DNA of 64,000 nucleotides from Octopus sinensis (lineage: Eukaryota): positions 15,996,001 to 16,060,000 of the forward strand of contig NC_043010.1 of NCBI RefSeq assembly GCF_006345805.1, read 5' to 3'. The position numbers and the translations under genes were made by a program. The notes under the pieces were generated by a model, which had not been told where the DNA came from, did no database searches, and was given only the letters and a program-made list of their open reading frames with translations. This document shows positions 51,684 through 63,020 of this stretch, piece by piece. Every line of letters starts with the position of its first letter. The stretch's first letter is position 1.

Positions 51684-54600
51684 GTGACGTTATGTTTATA
51701 TTGCATGGAGTTATCGTTGTTTTTATTTCCAGGAGATTTCTAAATAGGGGAGGTAGTGAGTGATTTCTTCCGGTGTGTAGGGAGATAATCGCTTAAAAAT
51801 TTTTTTTCCCTTTTCCTTGTTAATTTCTCTGTGTCAGTATGTTCGGATGGTTGAGTCTGGGTTTGTACTTTTCAATGAAGAATGTTCCTTGTTCAGTCAG
51901 TCTCATTTGTGTTGATGATCCGAAAGCACATTGGTAAAATGGGAAGATTAAAAATTGTGGCAGTAGTTGCTTTGCGCATTTCTCAATGTGCTCACTAAAA
52001 AGTATCATTCTATATTCTGGGAATGCAATCTGTTGTCGATGCAGTGTGCATCTACGCCTGAGTGATAGTCCCGTGGAACCCACGTAGTCTTGGTAGCAGC
52101 CCGAGCATTTAATAACATAAATTATGTTTTCAGAAGCACAAGTAAAGTTAGATTTGATCTTAAATTTCTGTCCCTCTTTAAAGAAGAATTCTGATCCTTC
52201 CAATAGGTTAGGACATGTTGCACAGTTCGATCTACCACATTTTTTAACTTTTGCATCCGTAATTTTAGAAGACAATTTTGCCTTTGTGAGAATCTTTTTA
52301 AGAGATTTAGGCTGTTTGTAGCTTTTAATGATTTGGTGTATGTTTAGAATTTCCTTAATTTGGTTTTTATGAAGTATTGGTAAATTCTGGTGTGATGATG
52401 GTGAAGGCTTCTTTGTTTCTGGGGTTGTATGTAGATATGTAAGGTAGTATTTTCGGGGAAGGTGTGTTGTTGTGTTGAACTTTTCTTAAAGTTTCTATGT
52501 TGATTTCTGTTGCACGTCTGATCCCATCCTCTATGAGTTGAGCTGGGTAATGTCTGTCAATTAGGGTGTTTTTGAGTTCTTGCAGTCTAAAGTTCCTGGT
52601 ATTTTGTTCTGACACTATTGTGCATATCCTTCTTGCAAGGTTGAAGGGGATGTTTGTTTTAGTGTGTCTTGGGTGGCATGAATTAAAAAGAAGGTATTGT
52701 TTGGCGTCTGTGGCTTTGTAAAAAATGTCTGTTTCTATTTTAAGGTTAATTTTTTAATTAGTATATCCAAGAACGGGAGCTCCTTTTGGTTGTATTCCAT
52801 TGTGAACTGTATATTTGGGTTTATGCTGTTCAATAGGTTTTTAATTTTAGGAGTTTATCTATGTTTTCATTCCAGAGAATGAAACAATCGTCTAGGAATC
52901 GTTTCCAATTCTCTTATGTATTGAGAGAGGGAGTTTCCAAAGATTGATAGAGATTCCTGGTAAATGATTATTTCCATGTATCCCATTGTTAAGTTCGCAA
53001 TGACTGGTGCTGCCCTTGTACCCATAGCAATTCCGGATTTTTGACGGTAAAATGTATTGTCAAACATGAAGTGGTTATTGTGTAGGATGAATTCAATTGA
53101 TTTAGTAATGAATTCTTACTGATCCTTTTTGGTATTTCTTCCGGAAATTGGTCTAACCAGAATTGTATTGCCTCCAGTCCATAATTATGAGGTATACTGG
53201 TATACAAGTTGACTACATCAAATGAAACCAGGATTGTTTCTTCCTTGGTTTTTTTTGGAAGGTGGTTTAACATATCTAAGTCATCTCTGATATGGCTATC
53301 GATATGTTTAAGGAAGGGTTTCAAGAGGATGTCCATAAGTAGATTTAGTCTGTGTGTTTCACAGGTTGGGCCAGCTACAATTGGTCGTAGTTTTAGGTCC
53401 CCCGGATTAGGTGTGTGTATGTATGTCTTTGGTGATTTTTTAATGGTTTCATTTATAATTTGACTTTTATGAATTTTTGGCAGACCATAGAAAAGGCTAG
53501 GTTTGCATTTAAAGTTTGTTAGGAAATCAATCTCTTTGGTTGTCAGTTCCTTTTCATGGGTTTTAATTAGTGAAGATAGAGTTTTCATTATTTTTTGTGG
53601 GGTGTAGTTGGTAATTTTTTCATAATGTAGGTCTTCATCAAGCAAGGAAATTACAAGATTTCTGTAGTATGATGTATCCATTATTACAACTGCATTTCCC
53701 TTGTCCGCTTCCTTAATGGTTATATCTTCATCATTTTGGAGTTCTATCAGTTCTTTCCATTGTGTAGTGTTAAAATTTGGGTTAGCTTTCTGTTTATGTA
53801 TAGTATGGTAGGGGAAGTTCTCAATGTGGTTACAGAATTCGTCAAGATCTTTATTTCTTCCTCTGTGTGGGATGTGTTCACTTTTGTTCTTGACTAGTGA
53901 TTCATCTTCAGTATTGAAACTGTTTGATGCTTCTGCTAGTCTTAATTTTCTGCAAAATTCTGTTATATTATCCTTGAGTTCATTTAGGTTTGCTCTGCGT
54001 GGAGTTGGTGTAAATTTGAGCCCTTTTGCGAGGATGTCAATTTTTATGTTAGAAAGAGGTTTGGTTGAAAGATTGATTATCTTCGGTTTTTCCTTATTAC
54101 TAGGTTCCAGCCTGTGTCCTGGTGTCCCTGGTCCCTGGCTAAAAAATGTTGGGTGTAATTTTGTTTGTATGAGTTGTCTGTGAGGTTGTGTGGTATTTGG
54201 TCGGGGGAGTGGTGGTATTGTTGCATCCGATCGTTGTGTGTGTGTGGGAATCTATGGTTGTTAATGCTTGTGGTGTTGTGTAAATTTCTGTATGGGGAAT
54301 ATTTTTGTTTCGAACTTCTTGTATGTGGGATGTTGCTTGACATAGTGTTTCTTTGCGTTTGTCTTGTGTTTAGTGGGGACCAGTAGTTTTGGTTCATGGG
54401 GTAGTAGTGATTTGTGTGTGGTGTATTTCTTATCCTAGTGTCGTATTGTGCTGTATGGTGGTTGGGTCTGGTATTAGGATGTTGTTGGTTTGTTCTGTTT
54501 TTGGTGTAATTTTTTCATAGACGCGTCCTCTTTCAGCTAGTTCCCTGTTAGGTCTAGCGTGGTTTGTAAAGGTTGGTTGTGGGTGATTTCTGTTTTTAGT

Positions 54601-55187
54601 GTATGGAGGATAGTTGGGGGTTGTTCGTGGGTTGTTAGGTTTTTCTTTTTTATTTATTGTAATTTTCTTAAGGAGGGATTATTTGTACCCAATTCATTTT
54701 TGAAGGTTTCACTATATTTTTGGAAGAAGTCCATGTTTTTCTCCCAGCGTAGGAGAGAATTTCTCTCTTCTCTCTCACAGGAATCCTTCCAGTGATCCAA
54801 TGTATTATCGAGGGGTTGTCCCTCGGTATGTTGGTATTATTAGATTGTGCATCTCCTCGTCTATGCTTTTAAGTTTTTCTTCATTTGTGGAGGCCCTGAG
54901 TCTTAGAAGCTCTATTTCTGATTTAAAATTGAACAGAGCTGACTTTTCTCTAATAGATCTCTGTCCGTCAGGCTCGTTAGAATTAATTTTATCTGGAATT
55001 TGCGTGGGAGGATAATTGGTGTTGAGTTTATCCATCCCTCGTAGATATCTGCTTTGTTTGAATTTTTTATCATGTTCCAGAAGGTGAGTTTTCTGTTGTG
55101 CAGGTTTGTATTCCAAACGTTTCCTATTTTTCTTTTTTTTTTGTGGGTTTGGGTGCGTATGGTGTCCTGCTATGTTTCATTAGGTGC

Positions 55188-55262
55188 CTGTGTATTATTT
55201 TCGGATTTGTTGATGAAAATTGAGTTCAGTGTTGTATATAACAGTTGTAGATCCTTACTCAC
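55188..55262 (-). other. Putative 75-nt GT-AG intron in the PLE ORF N-terminus
   Basis: CAG|GTGAGT donor, actgaac branch-like motif, cacag|G acceptor. Two in-frame TGA codons are removed by splicing. Confidence 0.6.
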
Positions 55263-55497
55263 CTGGTCAGTGTAACGGTTGCATCTTCATTGCTTTTACT
55301 TTCCCGGGCGAGTAAGTTTGATTCCTCGATTTTGTTGTTCAGGTTAAGAAGCTGTGAATTAATATTTTTCAGTTCTTTGAGTATGTCCTCATTTAAGGTT
55401 TTGTCCGAGGTGTTTGACTTCTGTGGCATTTTCGTTCTCACGTGTTTAATATATAGATAAGAAAGTTTGTTTGGTAAAGCACGTGGGTGAATATATA

Positions 55498-56637
55498 AGA
55501 AAATAGTAAAGTGTGAAAAAACGACAGAAGGCTTAAATGTTAAAAAATATATATATTTGTGTCAAAATGTCTGGAGAATATTGGAAAAATTTTTTTTCCC
55601 TTCCTTAAAATGACATAATTTTAAAATTTTTAAAGAAATTACCGGTTTCGCGTGTAGCTTTTCAAATTTCTTGTGACGTTATGTTTATATTGCATGGAGT
55701 TATCGTTGTTTTTATTTCCAGGAGATTTCTAAATAAGGGGAGGTAGTGAGTGATTTCTTCCGGTGTAGGGGAGATAATCGCTTAAAAATCTTTTTTCCCT
55801 ATTCCTTGTTAATTTCTCTGTGTCAGTATGTTCGGATGGTTGAGTCTGGGTTTGTACTTTTCAATGAAGAATGTTTCCTTGTTCAGTGTCATTTGTGTTG
55901 ATGATCCGAAAGCACATTGGTAAAATGGGAAGATTAAAAATGTGTGCAGTTTTGCTTTGCGCATTTCTCAATGTGCTCACTAAAAAGTATCATTCTATAT
56001 TCTGGGAATGCAATCTGTTGTCGATGCAGTGTGCATCTACGCCTGAGTGATAGTCCCGTGGAACCCACGTAGTCTTGGTGGCAGCCCGAGCATTTAATAA
56101 CATAAATTATGTTTTCAGAAGCACAAGTAAAGTTAGATTTGATCTTAAATTTCTGTCCCTCTTTAAAGAAGAATTCTGATCCTTCCAATAGGTTAGGACA
56201 TGTTGCACAGTTCGATCTACCACATTTTTTTACTTTTGCATCCGTAATTTTAGAAGACAATTTTGCCTTTGTGAGAATCTTTTTAAGAGATTTAGGCTGT
56301 TTGTAGCTTTTAATGATTTGGTGTATGTTTAGAATTTCCTTTAATTTTGGGTTTTTATGAAGTATTGGTAAATTCTGGGTGATGATGGTGAAGGCTTCTT
56401 TGTTTCTGGGGTTGTATGTAGATATGTAAGGTAGTATTTTCGGGAAGGTGTGTTGTTGTGTTGAACTTTTCTTAAGTTTCTATTGATTTCTGTTGCACGT
56501 CTGATCCCATCCTCTATGAGTTGAGCTGGGTAATGTCTGTCAATTAGGGTGTTTTTGAGTTCTTGCAGTCTAAAGTTCCTGGTATTTTGTTCCAACACAA
56601 CAACACACCTTCCCCGAAAATACTACCTTACATATCT
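55498..56637 (-). mobile_element. Upstream partial tandem copy (pseudo-LTR) of the Neptune PLE with a short inverted 5' tip
   Basis: Repeats 51511-~52610 (3' UTR, GIY-YIG, thumb). 56593-56637 is an inverted copy of ~52432-52478. Confidence 0.93.
55633..55672 (-). ncRNA. Minimal type I hammerhead ribozyme, U3-A8 variant (5' pLTR)
   Basis: Identical to 51644-51683. Confidence 0.8.
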
Positions 56638-57261
56638 TTTACTCTGTCGGCAGACTGTAAATGCTAGTGGACGAACATGCGTAAAAGGCTTGGATTATAA
56701 AAAAGGAAATGTCTTTCAACTCACAAGATTTTTGAATTGAAATTGCAGAGTTTAAGATGGGAATTATTGCTCTATGATAGAAGTAAAGAAGATTCAATTC
56801 ACAGAATATAATTATCAGAAGTTATAGAATTTATATACATTTATCGGGTCGACAAACGTCTAGTGAGGTGGTAGTGTTACGAACGAGAAATTATCTGAAT
56901 ATAATTTCTGCTCGTTCGTATGACATGAATTAGAACACCACCCTCTAGTTTTGCAAGGGAAGACGTAATAAATAAAAAATTAATCCTAATGAAAAAATAA
57001 TTGATTCTAATTACGTGATTGTTTAAAGTAGGCTGGATGGTTTGGCGCGCTGTAAATACTAGTGGGGGAACATGTGACAGGTAGTCTGTGCCGGGAGCTG
57101 AGTCTGTTATAAAGATTATACCACCTTCCTCCTTTAACAAGAAACATAAGGTAAGTTACTTCTGCAGAGTGGCCATCCTGAAAAACACAGTATGGACGAC
57201 GCGTGGAAGAGGAAGTAAGACAGGTAAATTCATCTCCGGACGCGGGTTGATTAGTTTTTTT

Positions 57262-57691
57262 GGATCTTTTCGGTTTGAATGGCAGTTTTTAACATAATTT
57301 CTAGGTAACTAAAAAATGTTAAACTTCGTATACTGGTAGAATGTGTTTATAAAACATCTTTTTCTCTTGGCTTTATTGAGAGAAAATTCTATAGTTTGTA
57401 AGATATTTGTTGGTTTTTTTTTCTTGAATTTCTGCAATTTCAACCAATCACTGACGTCTATTGAGGTAAACAACATTCTGTGCCGCATGAATATGTCCCT
57501 CGTTTAAGAAACAGATTGGGTTTATTAACATTTCAGAAGAAAAAATATACCCTTCCTCCCACCCCTAACCCTAACTAACCCTAACCCTAAAACAGATTGA
57601 AATGCAATAGATCGATACTAGGGTCATAATTATGGGTGACAATTTCATATGACACCGCTAGAAAAAACTGCCGTTCAAACAGAAAAGATTC
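57262..57691 (+). mobile_element. MITE full copy
   Basis: Both TIRs (right one slightly mutated). Confidence 0.9.
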
Positions 57692-58014
57692 GTTACTACC
57701 CCACTGATCACATTCCTACGCTGAACCGATTAATTAACCTTTTACATCTTCACTCAACCAGTCCCTTTCACTCTCCGCATTCGACTCACTTTCTTCCATC
57801 TTTTAACATATTTACTAGATTGCAGACATCTACTCTCCAGTCGTACTTTCCGTTTTTTGTGTCGTCTATTTGAGTGTTTTGCGTTCTTGTCCCATTTTGT
57901 ATTTTTATATATATTTTTTATACATATGTATATATATGTATATATATGTATGCATATATATGTATGTATATATATGTATATATATGTATGTATGTATATG
58001 TATGTATATATACT

Positions 58015-58690
58015 CAAAATAAGCAATAAGAATGACTCCGGTAATTTGGTACGATCGTTTCGTACTACATCATTTTATTAAATGTTGTAAGTATTACAAC
58101 GCTTTTAAAATGCTGAGCACTCATCAGCCAATTATAGAGGTTTTCCATTAATACAAAAATTTTCATACCAAGTGGCAGCATTATAGAGAAGGTAGATATA
58201 TAGACAAAGATGTGGATTTAAATTTTAAGAACATTTGAGGTAGTGGAGTCCATCAACTGACTGACTAAGATTCGGTTGTTCCAGACGACTGTAAGGTTCT
58301 GAGAGGGAAGAATAAGTGGAAGGAGACAATAAAGATTTTCTAATTATAAAAATGGGGTTAAGGGGATTTCAGAGCTCCATATAAGGAATTTATGTAGAAG
58401 ACAGCATTGTCACTACTAAATGCCAATTACTACTATTTGATGAACAGATTCGGCGGTAGGAGAACTAGGTCAATGTCAAGTGGTCACAATAACATTCACA
58501 GAGGATGCAGAGACCTTACAAACCCTATGCACATCATCACAACAGTTGGTCAATAAGTTCCAAGTACTTTGACACGTTAGAATAAAGGAAAAAATATAAA
58601 TCTAAAATTTATTCAATTTGGAGAAAAAAACTATCACTTATTATGAGTAGGCATAATACTTATTAACTGGGCGAAAAAGCCTTATTAATC
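58015..58690 (-). mobile_element. Extra pLTR/3' UTR copy of the second PLE family
   Basis: Parallels 59345-59880. It retains ~130 bp (58490-58620) absent from the main copy. Confidence 0.85.
58043..58133 (-). ncRNA. Type I hammerhead ribozyme, canonical core, long stem II
   Basis: aattgg-CTGATGA-gtgc...gtac-GAAAC-gatc-GTA-ccaaatt. Confidence 0.85.
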
Positions 58691-58759
58691 AAGTGAACCT
58701 ATTATGGGTCAAAATATATACTAAGAAAGATGGAAGAGGAAAATCAAAGAAGAGATAAT

Positions 58760-58958
58760 CATGTATGTGTATATATGTATATATAAATATATATATGTAT
58801 ATGTATATATGTATGTATATGTATATATGTATATATATATATGTATATATAATATATATATATATATATAGTATATATATATATGTATATATGTATATGT
58901 ATATATGTTATGTATATATATATGTGTATATATATATGTGTATATATATATGTATATG

Positions 58959-58989
<31 letters not shown>

Positions 58990-59005
58990 GTATATGTAAT
59001 ATATG

Positions 59006-59039
<34 letters not shown>

Positions 59040-59145
59040 ATAATATGTATATGTATATATATAGGTATATATATTATGTATATGCATATATGTATATATA
59101 TATGTATATGCATATATATTATAGTATATGTATATGTAATGTATA

Positions 59146-59217
<72 letters not shown>

Positions 59218-59240
59218 TATGTATATATATATATGTATAT
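58760..59240. repeat. (TA)n/(TATG)n microsatellite
   Basis: Direct inspection. Confidence 0.95.
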
Positions 59241-60676
59241 AAGTTCAGCAAAAATTTAGATTCAAATGAATATGGTACTTAATTTAGATGCACCAGAATT
59301 TTGTATGGTGTGATCCATAAAAAATTGTGGAGTGATTATAATCAAAATAACCAACAAGAATGACTCCGGTAATTTGGTACAATCGTTTCGTACTACATCA
59401 TTTTATTAAATGTTGTAAGTATTACAACAGATTTAAGATGCTGAGTACTCATCAGCCAATTATAGAGGTTTTCCATTAATACAAAAGTTTTCAAATCAAG
59501 TGGCAACATTATAGAGAAGGTAGATATACAAAGATGTAGATTTAAATTTTAAGAACATATGAAGTAGTGAAGTCCTTCCACTGACTGACCAAGATATGGC
59601 TGTTCCTAACTGCTATAAGGTTAGAAGTTATAAAGATTTTTTAATTGTAGAAATGGGGTAAAGGAGGTTTCAGAACACCATAAAAGGAATTCCTGTTGAA
59701 GACAGCAATTGCCACTAACGAATGCCAATTACTGCTATTTGGTGAGAGAAACTAGGTCAATATCAAATGGTCTTAATCCCATTTACAGAGAGTGTAATTT
59801 AGAGAAAAAAAAGGGGAAAACCTATCACTTATTATTATGAGTAGGCATAGTATTTTATAATTGGGGGAAAGCTTTATTAATTTTAAAGCTAGATTAAATT
59901 TAGAAAAAAATTCCAATTTCAAGTTTGCAGTGAAATTTTTTTAGTCATCTATGAATGTTAAATTGAAAGCTAGTATAGAATATTTCTTATTATTTGATTA
60001 TAAAGAATTAAAATTTGAAAAATATAGGAATACTCGCAAAATTATTATTTAAAGTATTTAAACGTTCGGGTTGTGCAATGTATACAAGATCATCCCAACT
60101 CCAGACGATTATTCAACAGATTTGTATTACTCCGATGTTTTAAAATTTTATAAGTTTCCATAGATCAAAGTTGACAACCTTCCCTACTATTTCTATAAGG
60201 TTGCGCCCTTCTAACTGTATCCCATTTTAGGTTGAATTCTATATTATTTGTTTTTAGTTCCCAAATTTTGCTAGATAGTGTTGTGCAACCTAAAAGAGGA
60301 AAAATGATTGTTAAGACGTCTTTTAAGATTCACCGAACACCCGAAATCAAGAAAGCTATTGCTAGAAGTTATTATCGTGCATTTATAAATTACGTTTTGG
60401 ACCGAACAACGACCAGATACCGGACATTTTGATCTAATCCTACAATTACAACTGGGGGGATAGTGTTCGGTTCTGGAATTATTTAAGGACAGTTCACTCA
60501 CATTACTGTTATTTAAATTATTATTAGTATTAATATTACTTTCATTAATAGTAATCCCGTTGTTATGCAAATTAGGGTTACTAGTTATTAATCCATTCTT
60601 ACCATCATCACCTACCATACTTTTATCTATACTACCTATATTATTGGTATTGTTATTATCACTATTTACATCAATG

Positions 60677-60735
<59 letters not shown>

Positions 60736-62700
60736 GTTATCATCATTATTAATATTATTTTTATTATTTTTATTATTACCATTATTATTATTATTATTAT
60801 TACTATTGTTTTATGATATTTATGGGAGGCTGGGAAATTTTTTTCCAGTATGGATTTAAATCTACTGTACACATTCGTCGAGATCGCACAATTAAAGGGG
60901 ATATTTAGCCAAATGATATTTTCTCTTTTACATTTTTTGTTTAAGTACGAGTGGGAAGGAGTAGTGTTATCAGTATTCGTACGAGAATTATTATTCCTTT
61001 TAGTACTATTTGTATGCCTATCGGGTTTATCTAGGTTAGCATTTTCATATTTATTTATGATCTGTTCCCTATTTTTATTCCTATAATTAGGTTTATACAC
61101 TAGATTCTTTTTCTCCATTAATTTATGTTTATGTAGGGTATGAGAGTTTATATTACTTACGTCATTTACATTCACTTCATTATTTGGGAGATTTGAGCTA
61201 TCCATATCAAGAAAGGTGATTTCCTGGTCATATCCCGCCTTGGATAATGCTATATTGTAATGGTTAGAGTGAGAGTTAAAGATTTCACTATTTGATGGTA
61301 ATTTTGCAACTCTTTGGGAAATATTTTTAATTAATGATTTTAGTATATTCGGGGGGGGGTGATTAGATGACTTACTTACATATCTAGTGACTTCACCCTC
61401 CTTTCTAAATGGGTAATGTAACTTTGAATTTAGGTCTTAAGGTAACGTCTAGGAAATTAACTATCTTAGTGTTAGGTTCATAAGTAATGCCTAGGTTAAA
61501 ATCCTTGAAAAATTTGCTAATTTTCTTTTTTATCCTCTCAATACTTGATTTACTGTTGCTAGGTACAACAAACAAAGCATCATTCCTATATAGACCACCT
61601 TGTAACTCAGGGATATCTCTGTTTATGCATTTTAATAAGTATGCTCCCACCAGATTCGTTATCTCCGCTGAGTCACTAGAGCCATAGGTATATCAAAATT
61701 ATTAGGAGTATCCGCCCTAGTCCATAATTTACCTTCAAATTCGATGATAGTTTTTCTAGCTAATAGGATGATGTCAATTTCCTCCCTAGATATGAGAGAG
61801 CGGTTCATAGCAAAAATAAGCGATTTATTAAGTAGAATGGGGGATATACTAGAATAGTAATTGTTAATATCAAATTGGATAAAAGAAATTCTATTAGTGC
61901 TATCTAGAGATTTAAACCAATCTATCACTTCATCTGTATTAATCCATAGACTCAAGGGGAGATTAGGAATTATACGGGGTAGAATATTGTCCAAAATAGA
62001 TTTGCTAAGTCGGCCAATGTCCGACTTAGTTGGACATATGAGTCTTACCGAGGGGTTTTCAGAGAAATTTTTCTTATGGTCCTTAAGATTAATCCTGGGT
62101 TCACTTGGTTTTAGAGGCTCCGTTCTATCGGCCAGATCGTAATTCACCATAACTTTTTTGATTTCTAAATTGATCTCTCTCAGGTTTTTCTTAGTTGTTA
62201 CTTTATACCTTAAGTTTAGTTCCTTTCTAATGAGTTTGCTGTAAGTCGCATAATCCATTCTGTAAAGTTTCCAGTTTTGTCGGCTGGGACTAGGATGCCC
62301 TGTTTATCTTGAATAGATTTAATGAAATCCTTTAGATGTCTAAGGTGTGGATTGTATCTTAGTGGATGTTCCTTGAATTTTATATTTGCGATAAGGTCCA
62401 GTAGATCCTTTTCAAAGCTTTCAAGCAATGGATTCGGAGGTGGGCTCTTCCTACTTCTAAAAATCTTTTTGTAGCGATTATCCAGGTGTGTTAGTTGAGG
62501 GTCTTTTTTCTGTTTGGTATCGTAGTGGTAAGTAATCCATCTAAATCTTCGGATAAATTCATTGATTCTGTGGATCAACAGCCATATGTATTCGTCCTTA
62601 CTATGTAAGGGGAAATCCTTTGGGGAAAACTCTATATTTACCTTTTTCATCCTTGTTGAGAAGTTAAGTACCGGAAAGCATACACAATGTATGGAATTAT
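59241..62700 (-). mobile_element. Near full-length Penelope-like element, probably Hydra clade (RT and C-terminal GIY-YIG with CxCx5C)
   Basis: ATG at 62650. FIRRFRW, ADKTGN, LKDHKKNF..VRLICPTKSDIGRLSK, FIQFDINNYYSSI, LYRNDAL, IWLNIPF, CNCRIRSKCPVSGRC, KWD..AQPY..CQL*..NNRLELG*SCIH. The ORF ends at TAA 60047-60045. Clade assignment is from recalled motifs. Confidence 0.9.
59371..59461 (-). ncRNA. Type I hammerhead ribozyme (3' pLTR of the Hydra-like PLE)
   Basis: aattgg-CTGATGA-gtac...gtac-GAAAC-gatt-GTA-ccaaatt. Confidence 0.85.
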
Positions 62701-63020
62701 AAGTTCAGCAAAAATTTAGATTCGAATGAATATGGTACTTAATTTAGATGCACCAGAATTTTGTATGGTGTTATCCATAAAAATTTGATTATAATCAAAA
62801 TAAGCAACAAGAATGACTCCGGTAATTTGGTACCATCGTTTCGTACTACATCATTTTATTGAATGTTGTAAGTATTAAAATAGATTTAAGATGCTGAGTA
62901 CTCCTCAGCCAATTATAGAGGTTTTCCATTAATACAAAAGTTTTCAAATCAAATGGCAACATTATAGAGAAGGTAGATATACAGACAAAGATGTAGATTT
63001 AAATTTTAAGAACATATGAG
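62701..63020 (-). mobile_element. 5' pseudo-LTR of the Hydra-like PLE
   Basis: Direct repeat of 59241-~59560, 50 nt upstream of the ATG, truncated into a microsatellite. Confidence 0.9.
62824..62914 (-). ncRNA. Type I hammerhead ribozyme (5' pLTR), position 7 = G
   Basis: aattgg-CTGAGGA-gtac...gtac-GAAAC-gatg-GTA-ccaaatt. Confidence 0.82.

Larger units (their letters stand above)
51511..55497 (-). mobile_element. Near full-length Neptune-type Penelope-like retroelement (RT and C-terminal GIY-YIG)
   Basis: ATG at 55441. LFYGLPKIHK, LRPIVAG, SFDVVNLYTSIP, GIAMGTRAAP, WKRFLDDCF, CGRSNCATC, IIYVIKCSGCYQDYVGST, H...H. Several 1-nt indels, mostly in homopolymers. Confidence 0.95.

Noticed and set aside
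58480-58545. SECIS-like (G/A)TGA...AA...GA hairpin in the extra pLTR copy
   Set aside because: The 3' GA is not adjacent to the helix and pairing is poor.
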